Below, piece by piece: positions 30,304 to 40,353 of a stretch of DNA of 57,598 nucleotides. Both the position numbers and the translations under genes were made by a program. The DNA is from an uncultured Acidimicrobiia bacterium (GTDB lineage: Bacteria > Acidobacteriota > Terriglobia > Versatilivoradales > Versatilivoraceae), in contig CAWBAT010000001.1 of assembly GCA_963786955.1 (NCBI GenBank), positions 1 through 57,598 of the forward strand, read 5' to 3'. How positions within the stretch are numbered: position 1 is the first letter of the stretch; every line of letters begins with the position of its first letter. Under the pieces are notes generated by a model. It saw nothing but the letters and a program-made list of their open reading frames with translations. It was not told the origin of the DNA and made no database searches.

Positions 30304-32715
30304 TTATCTCTTTTCCCTAACGTCTTCTATAAAGCGTTCAATCTCGATAACCAAGGCTTCCAGGTCAAGTGGCTTGTACACTAAATCATTTCCGCCTACA
30401 GCAAGCACATTGCTGACGGTTTCCGCCGGATTGTCGGTGATTGCTATCACCGGGATATCAACCGTTTCCGGTCTACGGTTCAATCGGCGCAAGACCTCGA
30501 ATCCATCCATGTCTGGAAATTGTAAATCCATTAAAATCAAGTCGGGCTGTTCCCTTCTTGCCTCAACCAGAAGATCGACGCCATCTTGTGCCAAGGTCAA
30601 ATGGTAACCCGTACGGGGCAGTACATCCTCTAAGAGCTGTCGTGTTTCCGCGTCTGATGCATAGGATAAGATTCTGCGTCCTCTCCACAGGACCCGTTCT
30701 ACCGTACTCAGGAAGGCGTCTTCATTGATCGGCTTATCCAGGGTAGCAGCCACATCCAGTTTACTGATCTTCTCTTCGTTAACACCCACTGAAACGACCA
30801 CAATAGGAATATCGCTTGTCAGGGGATTATCCTTCAGTATTTCGATCACTTCGTATCCGTTTTTGCCAGGGATTTGCATGTCCATACTGATCAAATTCGG
30901 TTGTTCCTTGAGAGTCAGGGCAATGGCTTTGTCTCCGGTCTGAGCCAGAACGACTTGATAGCCGACCCTTCCCAACTGACGTTGAATCATCCGCGCGATA
31001 TCTTTGTCTCCGTCGACCACCAGAATTTTCTTGGTCCCGTGTCGGGAGGTTGTTCGGGGCTTTTGAAGAGGCATGGGCTCTGCCAATGGGAGCGTGAAGT
31101 GAAACGACGACCCTTTGCCCGGTTCGCTTTCGACCCAAATCTCTCCCTGGTGTTTCTCTACAATGGATTTCACGATGGCCAGGCCAAGTCCTGTCCCTGA
31201 TGTTCCTTTTGTTTGAGGATTCTTGGCTCGAAAGAATTTTGTAAATAGCTTTTTCAGGTCTTCTTTGGAAATTCCCACGCCCGTGTCGGAGACGACAATC
31301 TCGAGGTAGTCCCCATCGGGCACTGCCGAGATGGTCATGCGTCCGCCTTCCGGGGTGTACTTGTAAGCATTACTCACCAAATTATTGAGAACTTGTGTGA
31401 TCCTGGCCCGGTCTGCCTTCACCCATGGGACATCCGGCGGAATGGCTTCAGAAAGCGCCAGCCCGCGACTTTCAATCTGCTTTCGATGGAATGCGATCAC
31501 ATCCTTGAGGGCTTCGGCCATATCCATGGGCTTTGGTTCAAGATCTATCTTACCGGCCTCAATTTTCGAGATGTCTAGCAGATCATTGACCAGTGCCACC
31601 AACCGGTCTGTGTTGGTTTCCACAATCTGCAAGTACTCTTTTTGTTCATCGGCCAGTTCTCCTGCATCCCCTTCAAGTAAGAGGTCGATGTAACCTTTAA
31701 TCGGAGTCAGTGGAGTCCGAAGCTCATGCGACACAACGGAAATAAATTCGGTCTTCATTTCTTCGATGGCCGCCTGCTGTGTAATGTCGCGCAAAAGACT
31801 CACCGCTCCAAAGGGTTGCCCTGATTCGTCCCGAATCAGGCTTACCAGAATATTCAATACTTTGTCCTTATATTTGCGGACGATTGGAGTAATGGGCTTT
31901 GCCTCACTTCCATCAGCCAGGATTTTCTCCAAGTCGATCCTGCTCACGGGCAGGATTAAGTCGCCATCCTTTTGGATGTAATCCGCGCGATGAAAATCGA
32001 GCAATAATTCAGCCGCTGTATTTACGAGCAATACTTTATATTCGGGATCCGTCACCACAACCCCTTCACCCATGCTCGCCAGAATTGTTTCCAGGCGGTT
32101 TTTCTCGTAGCTCAAATCGTCCATCTGGTGTGCGACTTGTAGACGGCTCTCGTGCAGGCGATCGGCCATTTCATTGACGTCTTCCGTCAAATCCCCAACT
32201 TCTTCCTTTAAGGCTTGGTAGAGCTTGGCATTTTCAATCGCAATCGCACCGAGATTGGCGATCGCGCTGATAAAACCCGTCTCGTCTTCTCCGAATTCAT
32301 GAACCTCTCCGGTGTAGAGGCGCATGACGCCAATAGGAGTGTCCCGTAAGATGAGGGGAACGACCAGGATCGATCGAATCGATTCACTTTTGGCTTCGTC
32401 TGGATACTGGAAACGCGGATCATTCGTGGCATCCGGAATGATTGCGGTTTTCCCCGACAGTACTTCCTGGTCTATTTTACTTTTCTCGACTTCCACATCC
32501 CCTTTTCTCAGATAGCCCTGGCTCAGGCCATAAGCGCCTCCCACGACCAGGAACTGTTTGTCGGGGGTCAGCAAGCGAATGGAACAGGCTTTAGAATGCG
32601 TCGCAAGAGCCGTGCTCTTAGTGATCGCGTGGAGCACTTCAGAAAGCTCAAGGCTGGAATTGATGGTGCGTGCGACGTCGTAGAGTGCAGATGAGTAATA
32701 AGCGCGTGACTTCAT
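30304..32715 (-). CDS. Hybrid sensor kinase GAF-PAS-HisKA-HATPase-REC-REC
   Basis: SHELRTPL, NLVSNAYKY, DTGVG, GTGLGL boxes; two C-terminal receivers. Confidence 0.93.
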   Translation of the reverse strand: MKSRAYYSSALYDVARTINSSLELSEVLHAITKSTALATHSKACSIRLLTPDKQFLVVGGAYGLSQGYLRKGDVEVEKSKIDQEVLSGKTAIIPDATNDPRFQYPDEAKSESIRSILVVPLILRDTPIGVMRLYTGEVHEFGEDETGFISAIANLGAIAIENAKLYQALKEEVGDLTEDVNEMADRLHESRLQVAHQMDDLSYEKNRLETILASMGEGVVVTDPEYKVLLVNTAAELLLDFHRADYIQKDGDLILPVSRIDLEKILADGSEAKPITPIVRKYKDKVLNILVSLIRDESGQPFGAVSLLRDITQQAAIEEMKTEFISVVSHELRTPLTPIKGYIDLLLEGDAGELADEQKEYLQIVETNTDRLVALVNDLLDISKIEAGKIDLEPKPMDMAEALKDVIAFHRKQIESRGLALSEAIPPDVPWVKADRARITQVLNNLVSNAYKYTPEGGRMTISAVPDGDYLEIVVSDTGVGISKEDLKKLFTKFFRAKNPQTKGTSGTGLGLAIVKSIVEKHQGEIWVESEPGKGSSFHFTLPLAEPMPLQKPRTTSRHGTKKILVVDGDKDIARMIQRQLGRVGYQVVLAQTGDKAIALTLKEQPNLISMDMQIPGKNGYEVIEILKDNPLTSDIPIVVVSVGVNEEKISKLDVAATLDKPINEDAFLSTVERVLWRGRRILSYASDAETRQLLEDVLPRTGYHLTLAQDGVDLLVEARREQPDLILMDLQFPDMDGFEVLRRLNRRPETVDIPVIAITDNPAETVSNVLAVGGNDLVYKPLDLEALVIEIERFIEDVREKR

Positions 32716-33040
32716 AGCGTGTCAGGCCAGTATTTGCCAGGTGACAGGGACCCTTTCAAGACGTAGGGTTGGAAAAAGCGAAGCCTTCAAACACCGCGAG
32801 AATGCCAGGCGTTCCCCCCGGCCTCAGTATAGCCGCCACCTGGAAAGGGGTCAATTCAAACGGAGCAACCCGCTTGAGCGGTCAAAGGTCGAAGGTCATA
32901 CGTCCCTGGCCCAAGGCCCCAATTAAATGGATGACCCTCGTCCCCTCCCGGGAAGATTGGCTGGATCGGGGACACGCGCTTCCGATGACTATCGGTGTGG
33001 ATATTAAACACCACAAAAAAGGGGCCTTTTAGTCCCGTCA

Positions 33041-33192
33041 CTTAGTCTGCATTTCATAAATACGGTGACGTTAACGCCGGGTCGGTGACCCAGCCTAGAA
33101 TTTTGTAGGCCGTTGAGGCTTTCTCAAAGCCTCAACCCCACGCGGCGCCTATCCTAAGATACGTCACCGCAATTACGAAAAGCAGTACTTAG
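33041..33192. mobile_element. MITE-like element copy 1 (CTTAG-flanked, REP doublet inside)
   Basis: Near-identical to 50975-51127; imperfect ~27-bp TIRs; CTTAG at both ends. Confidence 0.8.
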
Positions 33193-33353
33193 CAAACTTT
33201 TAACAAATATAATGGCAATCAATAATGAATGCGTCGGGTTTCTATCGCATCGACAAATAATGACTTTCGATTCTTCCATCTGCCAGTTCGAAATAACAAG
33301 GAAATCGCATCCAGGACCGCTGCGGGCCGATTGGCGCTGCGATCTACCTTACT

Positions 33354-34661
33354 ATGGGTTATAATCTTCAGGGATTGAGAAGTCTAGAGGAGGACATTTC
33401 CTTGAATCGAAAGTCCGAAGACATTTCATCGGGTCCAATGAGCGCAACGGCTGCACTTACCATGAACGAAGAACTGGCGTTCAAAGATCGCGCTCTGGCT
33501 GCGGCTGCGGAAGGGATCACCATTTCCGACGCCCGGCTCCCGGACTATCCACTCATTTATATCAATGCGGGCTTCGAGCGTTTGACCGGATATTCCGCCC
33601 AAAGCATGCTGGGCAAAAACTGTCGTTTCCTGCAGGGATCGCATACCGATTCCACCGCCAGAAATGAAATTCGGCGGGCCCTGGAAGAAAAAAGAGAGTG
33701 CACAGTCGAGATCCTTAATTATCGGAAAGATGGCACCCCTTTCTGGAATCGCCTTTCCATTACTCCAGTGCATGATGTTTCCGGACAAGTCACGCATTAC
33801 ATCGGCATACAATCTGACGTTACGGCAAGGAAGACTGCGGAAGAAGAACTGATACGGGCAAATCAAAAGCTGGAAGAAGCAAATCAGCGGATGAAGAGAG
33901 ATCTGGAAATAGCCGCCCGTATCCAGCAGAGTTTGCTTCCGCCGCTCGAATTGACAGTCCCCGGCGTCAGTCTTGCATGGATTCTCAAACCTTGTGATGA
34001 ATTGGCCGGCGATACACTGAATGTCTTAAAGTTAGACAGAGACCATCTCGGGCTTTATATGATCGACGTCAGCGGTCACGGAGTAGGCTCCTCGTTATTG
34101 TCCTTTACTCTGAATCGCTGGATGTCTCCTGTTTCGGATCACTCCAGTCTTTTCAGCGATAAGGCAGAGGGTCCGAAGCGTCAGCAGCTTGTCTCTCCCG
34201 CCCAAATCGCCGAAAAGTTAAATCAGCAATTCCCCATGGATCCCGAAACCGCGCAATACTTCACCTTCTTTTATGGCATTCTTAACCTGAAAACTGGTCT
34301 TCTCAGGTATGTCAATGCGGGTCATCCAAACCCGATCCATTTGCCCTATGGCTCTGAGCCGACACTGCTGCCATCTACTGGGTGTCCGATCGGGTTGCTG
34401 CAAGAGACCAAGTACGAGGATCACGCCGTCACGATGCGAGCAAAGGATCGTCTGGTGCTGTACACAGACGGATTGATAGAAGCATTCAACCCTCAGGAAG
34501 AGGAATTCGGATTAGGGCAGCTCCTGGAAAATCTTTCCACTACCCGCGGCCTGGCGTTAAATGAGAGTCTCAAAATTCTGGCAAAATGTGCAGCCGACTG
34601 GCAAGGCTCCAGCCGTCAACGCGACGATATCTCATTGCTCGCGTTCGACTATAAGCCGTAG
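33354..34661 (+). CDS. LOV domain + SpoIIE/PP2C phosphatase (RsbP/RsbU-like)
   Basis: GKNCRFLQG, NYRKDGTPFWN, GIQSDVT; LAGD, DVSGHG, YTDGL, DDISL. Confidence 0.92.
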   Translation: MGYNLQGLRSLEEDISLNRKSEDISSGPMSATAALTMNEELAFKDRALAAAAEGITISDARLPDYPLIYINAGFERLTGYSAQSMLGKNCRFLQGSHTDSTARNEIRRALEEKRECTVEILNYRKDGTPFWNRLSITPVHDVSGQVTHYIGIQSDVTARKTAEEELIRANQKLEEANQRMKRDLEIAARIQQSLLPPLELTVPGVSLAWILKPCDELAGDTLNVLKLDRDHLGLYMIDVSGHGVGSSLLSFTLNRWMSPVSDHSSLFSDKAEGPKRQQLVSPAQIAEKLNQQFPMDPETAQYFTFFYGILNLKTGLLRYVNAGHPNPIHLPYGSEPTLLPSTGCPIGLLQETKYEDHAVTMRAKDRLVLYTDGLIEAFNPQEEEFGLGQLLENLSTTRGLALNESLKILAKCAADWQGSSRQRDDISLLAFDYKP

Positions 34662-34757
34662 CGGGCTCACAATTATGGGCCAAAGCTCAAGTTGCGATGG
34701 GGAGTTTCTGGCGGAAAATCAATCACAAGCGAGATCAAGGCAGAACTGCAGCAAAGG

Positions 34758-36197
34758 CTAACCGGGCTTAGGAACTGCTCCGACCACCTTCTGGTGTTGT
34801 CCAATCCCTGCTCTCTCAATTTTGCCCCAGGCATGATCCCCGCGCATATACTGCCACAGGCCGCGAAGTCTCCAAATCGTGTGGCATTGGCGATAGGGGA
34901 AATGCTCGAGGAAACAAAAACAAATCAGTCGACCCAAGTCGCGCCAATCGTTATAACGGCGGTACGTCATTTCCTCTATGAGAATCGACCCGATTGAAAT
35001 GAATGTCGAAAAGAAGTACCCAATGAGAAGGAAGCGGATGAAAAAATGGTGACTCAATATTCCCATACACTCCGCTGCAACCATGCTGACCCAACCCACA
35101 ACCTCAAGGGCTGGGGCCAGGAGCTCAAAGATCCAATGGTACGGGATGGAAACCATTCCAATTCTTCCGTATTTTGGATTAAACAACATCCGACGGTTAT
35201 ACCAAAGAGTGTCAAGCAAGCCCTTATTCCAACGGGCTCGTTGATTTCGCAGTGATTTCCATTTTGAAGGCACTTCCGTCCAGCAAACCGGGTCGGCAAC
35301 AAAGCTAATTCGGTAGTCCACTTTCTTTTCCCGCATATAGCGGTGAATTCGCACGACCAGATCAAAGTCCTCACCGGGGGAGCCTCTCCGGAATCCGCCG
35401 ATCTTTTTACAGATATCGAGTCGGAAGACTCCAAACGCACCGGAGATGATCAGTAGCATGTCGTAGTCATTCCATCCCTCTCGCCCGATCAGGAAAGCCC
35501 GCAAGTATTCTTCGACCTGGATCATTTCCAGGAAGCCCCAAGGGAGCCTCACTTGTCCGACCGCCCCATTCTTCACATCGGAGCCGTTAATCACGCGCAC
35601 AATCCCGCCAGCAGCAACGACTCGTTCGACATCATTAAATACCGGCGCCATGATTCGCAGCAAAGAATCGCTTTCCAAAAGCGCGTCCGCATCCACCACA
35701 CAGACATATATTTTCGATGACAGATTGATTCCACAATTAATGGCATCGGCTTTACTTCCTGCCGCCTCTTTGTCGACGACCATGAGTCGTCGATCCACCC
35801 TGCTGAGATAGACCCCGCGGACCGGCATTGTCTCAATTTCCGGAATATAGCTATAGTCGCTGAGGCTCAATTGAAAGTGTTCGATCAAGCGGTCGAGGGT
35901 GGAGTCATTCGATCCATCGCTGACAACAATGACTTCAAATTCGGGATAGTCGAGGGTGAGCAGCGACCGAACCGACTCTACGATAGACCCTTCTTCATTA
36001 TGCGCGGGAACCAAGATAGAAATCGGCGGGGTCAGAGGAGAAACCCTCATCTGATCATAAGACGCAATGGCTTGTTGTCGGTTGCGTTTGATGCTGACTT
36101 TTAGGGCAACAATCAAGAGCCACAGATAGATCAAATTGCAGGAAAGGTAGTAAAAGAATAGCACCCAGTTGGACATCAGCACGAAGCGGGCAATCAT
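34758..36197 (-). CDS. GT2 processive glycosyltransferase (PgaC/IcaA-like)
   Basis: VPAHNEE, DGS, KADAIN, DAD, GED, QRARW; TM helices. Confidence 0.92.
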   Translation of the reverse strand: MIARFVLMSNWVLFFYYLSCNLIYLWLLIVALKVSIKRNRQQAIASYDQMRVSPLTPPISILVPAHNEEGSIVESVRSLLTLDYPEFEVIVVSDGSNDSTLDRLIEHFQLSLSDYSYIPEIETMPVRGVYLSRVDRRLMVVDKEAAGSKADAINCGINLSSKIYVCVVDADALLESDSLLRIMAPVFNDVERVVAAGGIVRVINGSDVKNGAVGQVRLPWGFLEMIQVEEYLRAFLIGREGWNDYDMLLIISGAFGVFRLDICKKIGGFRRGSPGEDFDLVVRIHRYMREKKVDYRISFVADPVCWTEVPSKWKSLRNQRARWNKGLLDTLWYNRRMLFNPKYGRIGMVSIPYHWIFELLAPALEVVGWVSMVAAECMGILSHHFFIRFLLIGYFFSTFISIGSILIEEMTYRRYNDWRDLGRLICFCFLEHFPYRQCHTIWRLRGLWQYMRGDHAWGKIERAGIGQHQKVVGAVPKPG

Positions 36198-37570
36198 GCA
36201 ACCACCTTGGTTGGGTAGTCAATGTCAAGGGCTGCCGTACCAATTTTATTCTTTAACCACTTCAGAACACGTCGTTTCCGCAGGGGGATATTGGGAGAAT
36301 CAAACATTTCAATCATGCCCAATAGCGAACTATCGCCGGAACGGGCCAGCAATCGGGCCAGTCTTCCTCGGGTTCTCCAATTTTCATGGTGCAGGACAAG
36401 ATCGATGAGAATGCGCCGTGATCCCGCTTTAAGAGCTGCCAAGATAGCGGACTCGGCCATGGCACAGCGTTTCGAATCGGCCAAAGCAGAAACCATTTCG
36501 AATACCCCGCCCGAGCGCTCAAAGGCAGATATCAACTCTTCGACGGCGTAGGCATCCTGCGACTTAATGGCGAGACACAGAATCTCTTCTTCATGTCCTT
36601 TCAACTGGGCCAGCGAATGGGCCGACCGCATCCGCACTTGGCGATTGGGATCACAGAGACCTTCGAGGAGCGAGGGGATGGAACGCGGATCGTTTAAGAA
36701 ACCAATGGCGACGACGGCCCTTAAGCGAACAAACCATTCGTCATCCCGCATCAGCCCCGCCAAAATAGAAAGTGCCAGGCCCGGTTTGGAAGACGCTAAA
36801 GCGCGGGCGGCAGAAGCCCGAACTTCCGGCTCTTCGTCAGCTGCCAAAAGCAGCAGATCTTCGTCCAAATCAGGAGACGCAATTTCTCCCAGTACCCGAG
36901 TCAAAATCGGACGGGAAGAGTCCACCGACTTAAGAAGAAAGGTCATTACCAAGCCCGGCGTTGACCGGCAGCTGTTAATCAGAGCATCTTGAACAATATT
37001 GGTTGAGACTCGAAGTTTCCCTACTCTCAGCCGCTGCAAGATGGGGACTGCGGATCGAGGCATTCCAAGCTCTCCCAACCCGCGCACTGCCACGGTTCGA
37101 TTCTCTTCGTCAGGGTCATCCAGTGCTTCGGCAAGAGCCGGGATGGCTTCGGGCACTCGCATTCGACCGACCGCCAACAGCGCCAGCTGTCTTCGCCATC
37201 CCTCCCAGTGACGGGATTCATGGATCCTGGCGTCAAGCAACCCACTCATGCGCAGACAATCGATGAGCTGCGCGGCTTCAACTGCCGGGGCCACTTGAAG
37301 CCGGTCGAGAATGATCCCTTCCACAATGTCCCGGGAGACGCGATCCAGCATCCAGCCCTTTGCAGATATTTCCCCCTCAACAATCTCCTGCCAGTGCCGG
37401 CGAATTTCAATGACATGGCGATCTCTCCGGAGATAGTAGCTGCGACGCACACCCCTGCGAATTAAGATGAGGCCAAGGAAAAACACGACGGCACTCAGCG
37501 ATGCCGCGAGCACCTGGGCAATGAGTCCTGCCCTTGCGATGGAATCTAAGAGTTCAGAAATAGAATGCAC
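36194..37570 (-). CDS. HEAT-repeat membrane-anchored protein
   Basis: N-terminal TM helix; repeated L.D....VR..A..AL units; coupled to the GT2 gene. Confidence 0.88.
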   Translation of the reverse strand: MHSISELLDSIARAGLIAQVLAASLSAVVFFLGLILIRRGVRRSYYLRRDRHVIEIRRHWQEIVEGEISAKGWMLDRVSRDIVEGIILDRLQVAPAVEAAQLIDCLRMSGLLDARIHESRHWEGWRRQLALLAVGRMRVPEAIPALAEALDDPDEENRTVAVRGLGELGMPRSAVPILQRLRVGKLRVSTNIVQDALINSCRSTPGLVMTFLLKSVDSSRPILTRVLGEIASPDLDEDLLLLAADEEPEVRASAARALASSKPGLALSILAGLMRDDEWFVRLRAVVAIGFLNDPRSIPSLLEGLCDPNRQVRMRSAHSLAQLKGHEEEILCLAIKSQDAYAVEELISAFERSGGVFEMVSALADSKRCAMAESAILAALKAGSRRILIDLVLHHENWRTRGRLARLLARSGDSSLLGMIEMFDSPNIPLRKRRVLKWLKNKIGTAALDIDYPTKVVA

Positions 37571-37946
37571 TTTTTATTTCCGTTAACGGTTCTATCTTCA
37601 GCCAAAAGAGGAGCCCGTGCAGCTAAGCTCCCACTGCATCAACAATGGTCGACTTCAGATAGTTTTCATCGACGAAATCGGCGGGAAAGTTTAGCCAATT
37701 CTGCAAGATATGGAAGGACTTAAGCGGAAAACCGCACGAGTAAGCTCCATCCATTGAAAGGTACTCGAATGCGGATCAAAGCAATCAATCTCAACAGCGG
37801 AACAAGATCACGATAGAAGAGACTGAGAAAGGATGACAATTGCCCTTGAGGTACTCATGACAAGGAAAGCGCAGAAGAAAAAAGAACCAGGATGCAATTG
37901 AGTACAACGGCTCCGTGGTGAGACAAGCTGTTAGTTCTTAACAACT

Positions 37947-38030
37947 TGTGATAGCGTATGGCTTTGATCCCAGGCCGTCATGGGTCGATGGGTGCGCCCC
38001 ATCGAAACCCTACATTTGCAAGTTATCACA
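37947..38030. repeat. Short TIR-bounded GTAG-type REP
   Basis: TGTGATA..TATCACA ends enclosing GGGTCGATGGGTGCGCCCCATCGAAACCCTAC. Confidence 0.45.
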
Positions 38031-38109
38031 CATGACCTGCATATTCCTCTATTGGCTCACACCGATTAAACATTGGCTCAACATTCAGGCTTCCAGGAGA
38101 GATTCTTAA

Positions 38110-39027
38110 ATGAAACTAGTTTATCGCCTTTTCCTACTCTTCGCAGCTCTTGCCCTGGCTCAATTTTCGCAGGCCCAGACCCGGAGTATTGGGATCAACA
38201 CCAAGCTTATCGAAGACATCACTGGTGTCACGGGTACCGTCAATACGGAAGAGCGTGTATTCAAAATCACCTATCCCAGAACCGATGTCCCGGTGACCAT
38301 TGATGGTTGGAAGATGAAACCTTTCATGGGCCTAACTTCGTGGGCGGCCTTCAGAAAAGGCGTGGAAAAGGAATCGATGGTGATGGGAGATCTGGTCCTC
38401 TTTGAGGATGAAGTCAATCCCGTCATGAGCATTGTCTTGGAGAACGGCCTTTCCGTCACTGCCCTGCACAACCATTTCTTCTACGATCAACCCAGAGTCT
38501 ATTTTATGCACATTGGCGGTGAAGGTAGCGTTGAAGCGCTTTCCCAGGGGGTTCGTAAAACACAAGATAGGATCAAGATACTCAGATTGGCGAATCCCAT
38601 ACCGGCCAAAGGATTTTCTGGCCAGCCTATTCCGGACACCAACACAATTGACGGGAAGGAAATTGAACAGACTCTTGGATATCCCGGGCAGTCGAACGAC
38701 GGAATGTTCAAGGTCGTCATTGGCCGTCGCACAACCATGCCTTGCGGCTGTGATGCCACAAAGGAGATGGGAGTAAATACCTGGGCCGCCTTTGCCGGGA
38801 GTAATGAAAATGCCTTTGTAGACGGAGACTTTGCCGTATTGGAGAGCGAGTTACAGCCTGTGCTCAGGTCGCTCCGTGCAACAAACATCAATGTCGTGGC
38901 CATTCATAACCACATGACTGATGAGAAGCCGCGAATATTGTTCATTCACTACTGGGCAAAGGGACCCGTAAGTCAACTGGCAAAGTCGCTAAAAGAAGCG
39001 TTAGAGAAGACAGTATCTCGTCTATAG
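38110..39027 (+). CDS. DUF1259 (LppY/LpqO-like) protein
   Basis: Two repeats of WAAF..GD..L...E..V..HNH..F.H; signal peptide. Confidence 0.88.
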   Translation: MKLVYRLFLLFAALALAQFSQAQTRSIGINTKLIEDITGVTGTVNTEERVFKITYPRTDVPVTIDGWKMKPFMGLTSWAAFRKGVEKESMVMGDLVLFEDEVNPVMSIVLENGLSVTALHNHFFYDQPRVYFMHIGGEGSVEALSQGVRKTQDRIKILRLANPIPAKGFSGQPIPDTNTIDGKEIEQTLGYPGQSNDGMFKVVIGRRTTMPCGCDATKEMGVNTWAAFAGSNENAFVDGDFAVLESELQPVLRSLRATNINVVAIHNHMTDEKPRILFIHYWAKGPVSQLAKSLKEALEKTVSRL

Positions 39028-39077
39028 GGGCAATCCATTCGTCAGCAGAGAGAATACTCATTGCCGCCTATAATTTA

Positions 39078-39182
39078 AAACTCGATCGCCGGCAAGGAAA
39101 GATTACGGCGGACGAGTATGCGACGGCCAAGGCAGCGCTCGATGAAACCATTAAGCGGCCGCTGGCAAGAGCCAGTAGCTAG
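39078..39182 (+). pseudogene. Orphan 3' gene fragment (KLDRRQGKITADEYATAKAALDETIKR..*)
   Basis: SHOCT/CcmI-like C-terminal motif with no 5' part. Confidence 0.5.
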
Positions 39183-39211
39183 CAATTAGCAATTCGGCTA
39201 CGGAACAATCG

Positions 39212-39245
39212 AAGCCCATCCTCAGACGAGGATGGGCTTTTGTTT
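39212..39245. terminator. Terminator hairpin between convergent genes
   Basis: AAGCCCATCCTC-AGAC-GAGGATGGGCTT then TTGTTT. Confidence 0.75.
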
Positions 39246-39249
39246 GCAC

Positions 39250-40026
39250 CTACGGCTTGAACTTTCCAAACACCCGCTTTAGCTCCGGCGCGAACTCCTG
39301 GATTTGGCGCACCAGCACCACAAACCCAAGCTGATACGTTCCGTTCTGCACGCCCTGGGCGGAGACGCTGTAGCCCTGGGGATACCAAAGCACCGGGATC
39401 ATGCCCGCCGCGTAGGCCGCGGCGAACTGCGGCACGTCCAGCACCTTTTTCTGGTTGTGGTAGGTGAGAAAGCTCATCTGGAAAGCATAGCCTGCTCGCC
39501 GCCAACCGCCCTTGCACTGACACGCGACGTAACGGCCCTCATTCCGAAACAGGGTTGACCCGCCTTCATACACCGACGTCTGAATGGCAAAGCTCGCATA
39601 CTGGGTGCCAACCCGCTTGGCATAGCCCTCCCAAGATTTTCCCCACTGCTCGGGAGTGTTGGTCGCCTGGTCTCCAAGAGCTGCGCCCAGGCTGGCTGCG
39701 TAGACCGGCCAGCCGGTGAAAGTGTCTTTGACGTACTTGTCCCACCGCTCCTTGCCCGTCAGGGGTGGCGGAAAGTAGCGGCCATCCACCGTCACTCCAC
39801 CAGGACCAGGGTGCATCATCGCCGTCGCTACTGCTTCTTCAGCGGAGGGAGCCGGTGTGGCGCCACCGGTCGGTGCTGTGGGCGCGGATTCCCATGCCAC
39901 GCCAGGCTGCTCCGTTTCCAGCGCCGCCTGCGTATTGAGCGAAAGTACGCACAACGACAACGAGAGCAAGCCAGCTGCGACGAGTCGAGTAGGGGTAAAT
40001 TTCAAAACTGCTCGTTGGATGTTCAT
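39250..40026 (-). CDS. Exported/membrane hypothetical protein
   Basis: Signal peptide, Pro/Ala-rich linker, P.EWG..W.GY.KR and EF.PE motifs seen in Acidobacteria-type proteins. Confidence 0.75.
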   Translation of the reverse strand: MNIQRAVLKFTPTRLVAAGLLSLSLCVLSLNTQAALETEQPGVAWESAPTAPTGGATPAPSAEEAVATAMMHPGPGGVTVDGRYFPPPLTGKERWDKYVKDTFTGWPVYAASLGAALGDQATNTPEQWGKSWEGYAKRVGTQYASFAIQTSVYEGGSTLFRNEGRYVACQCKGGWRRAGYAFQMSFLTYHNQKKVLDVPQFAAAYAAGMIPVLWYPQGYSVSAQGVQNGTYQLGFVVLVRQIQEFAPELKRVFGKFKP

Positions 40027-40311
40027 GGTGTTCGCTCCCGAGAATCGGTCAGGTGCCGTGCGATGAGATCGCTGAATCCCAGACGTTCGTCTAACTCGCG
40101 CACCAGAACCAGACCACCATCGGAGGTGACCCGCAATCCCTGGAAATCCACTCGTAACGAGGGGTAGAAGGAAAGCTGGAATGGCTGGTTTTGCTTCTCA
40201 CCCATTGGGTCTAAGCCTCCGCAGAGTTCGTGTTGCTCTCAAAGCCGCATGAATACTCGTGTTGGCGCGATCATACGGCTTCTTACACCGACTTCGAAAA
40301 GGAAATGTGGG
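40023..40311 (-). mobile_element. IS1380-family left end with truncated transposase (60 aa)
   Basis: VDFQG.RVTSDGGLVLVRELDERLG..LTDSR matches the IS1380 transposase N-terminus; candidate end CCCACATTTCC at ~40311. Confidence 0.8.
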
Positions 40312-40353
40312 AATACTTTACCCCTGCGAATTCTTGCCCATTTACCTTTAACT

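Noticed and set aside
32716-33040. Riboswitch or small gene upstream of the hybrid kinase
   Set aside because: No recognisable aptamer consensus, no convincing ORF, and only weak GTGAC(A)GGGAC inverted ends.
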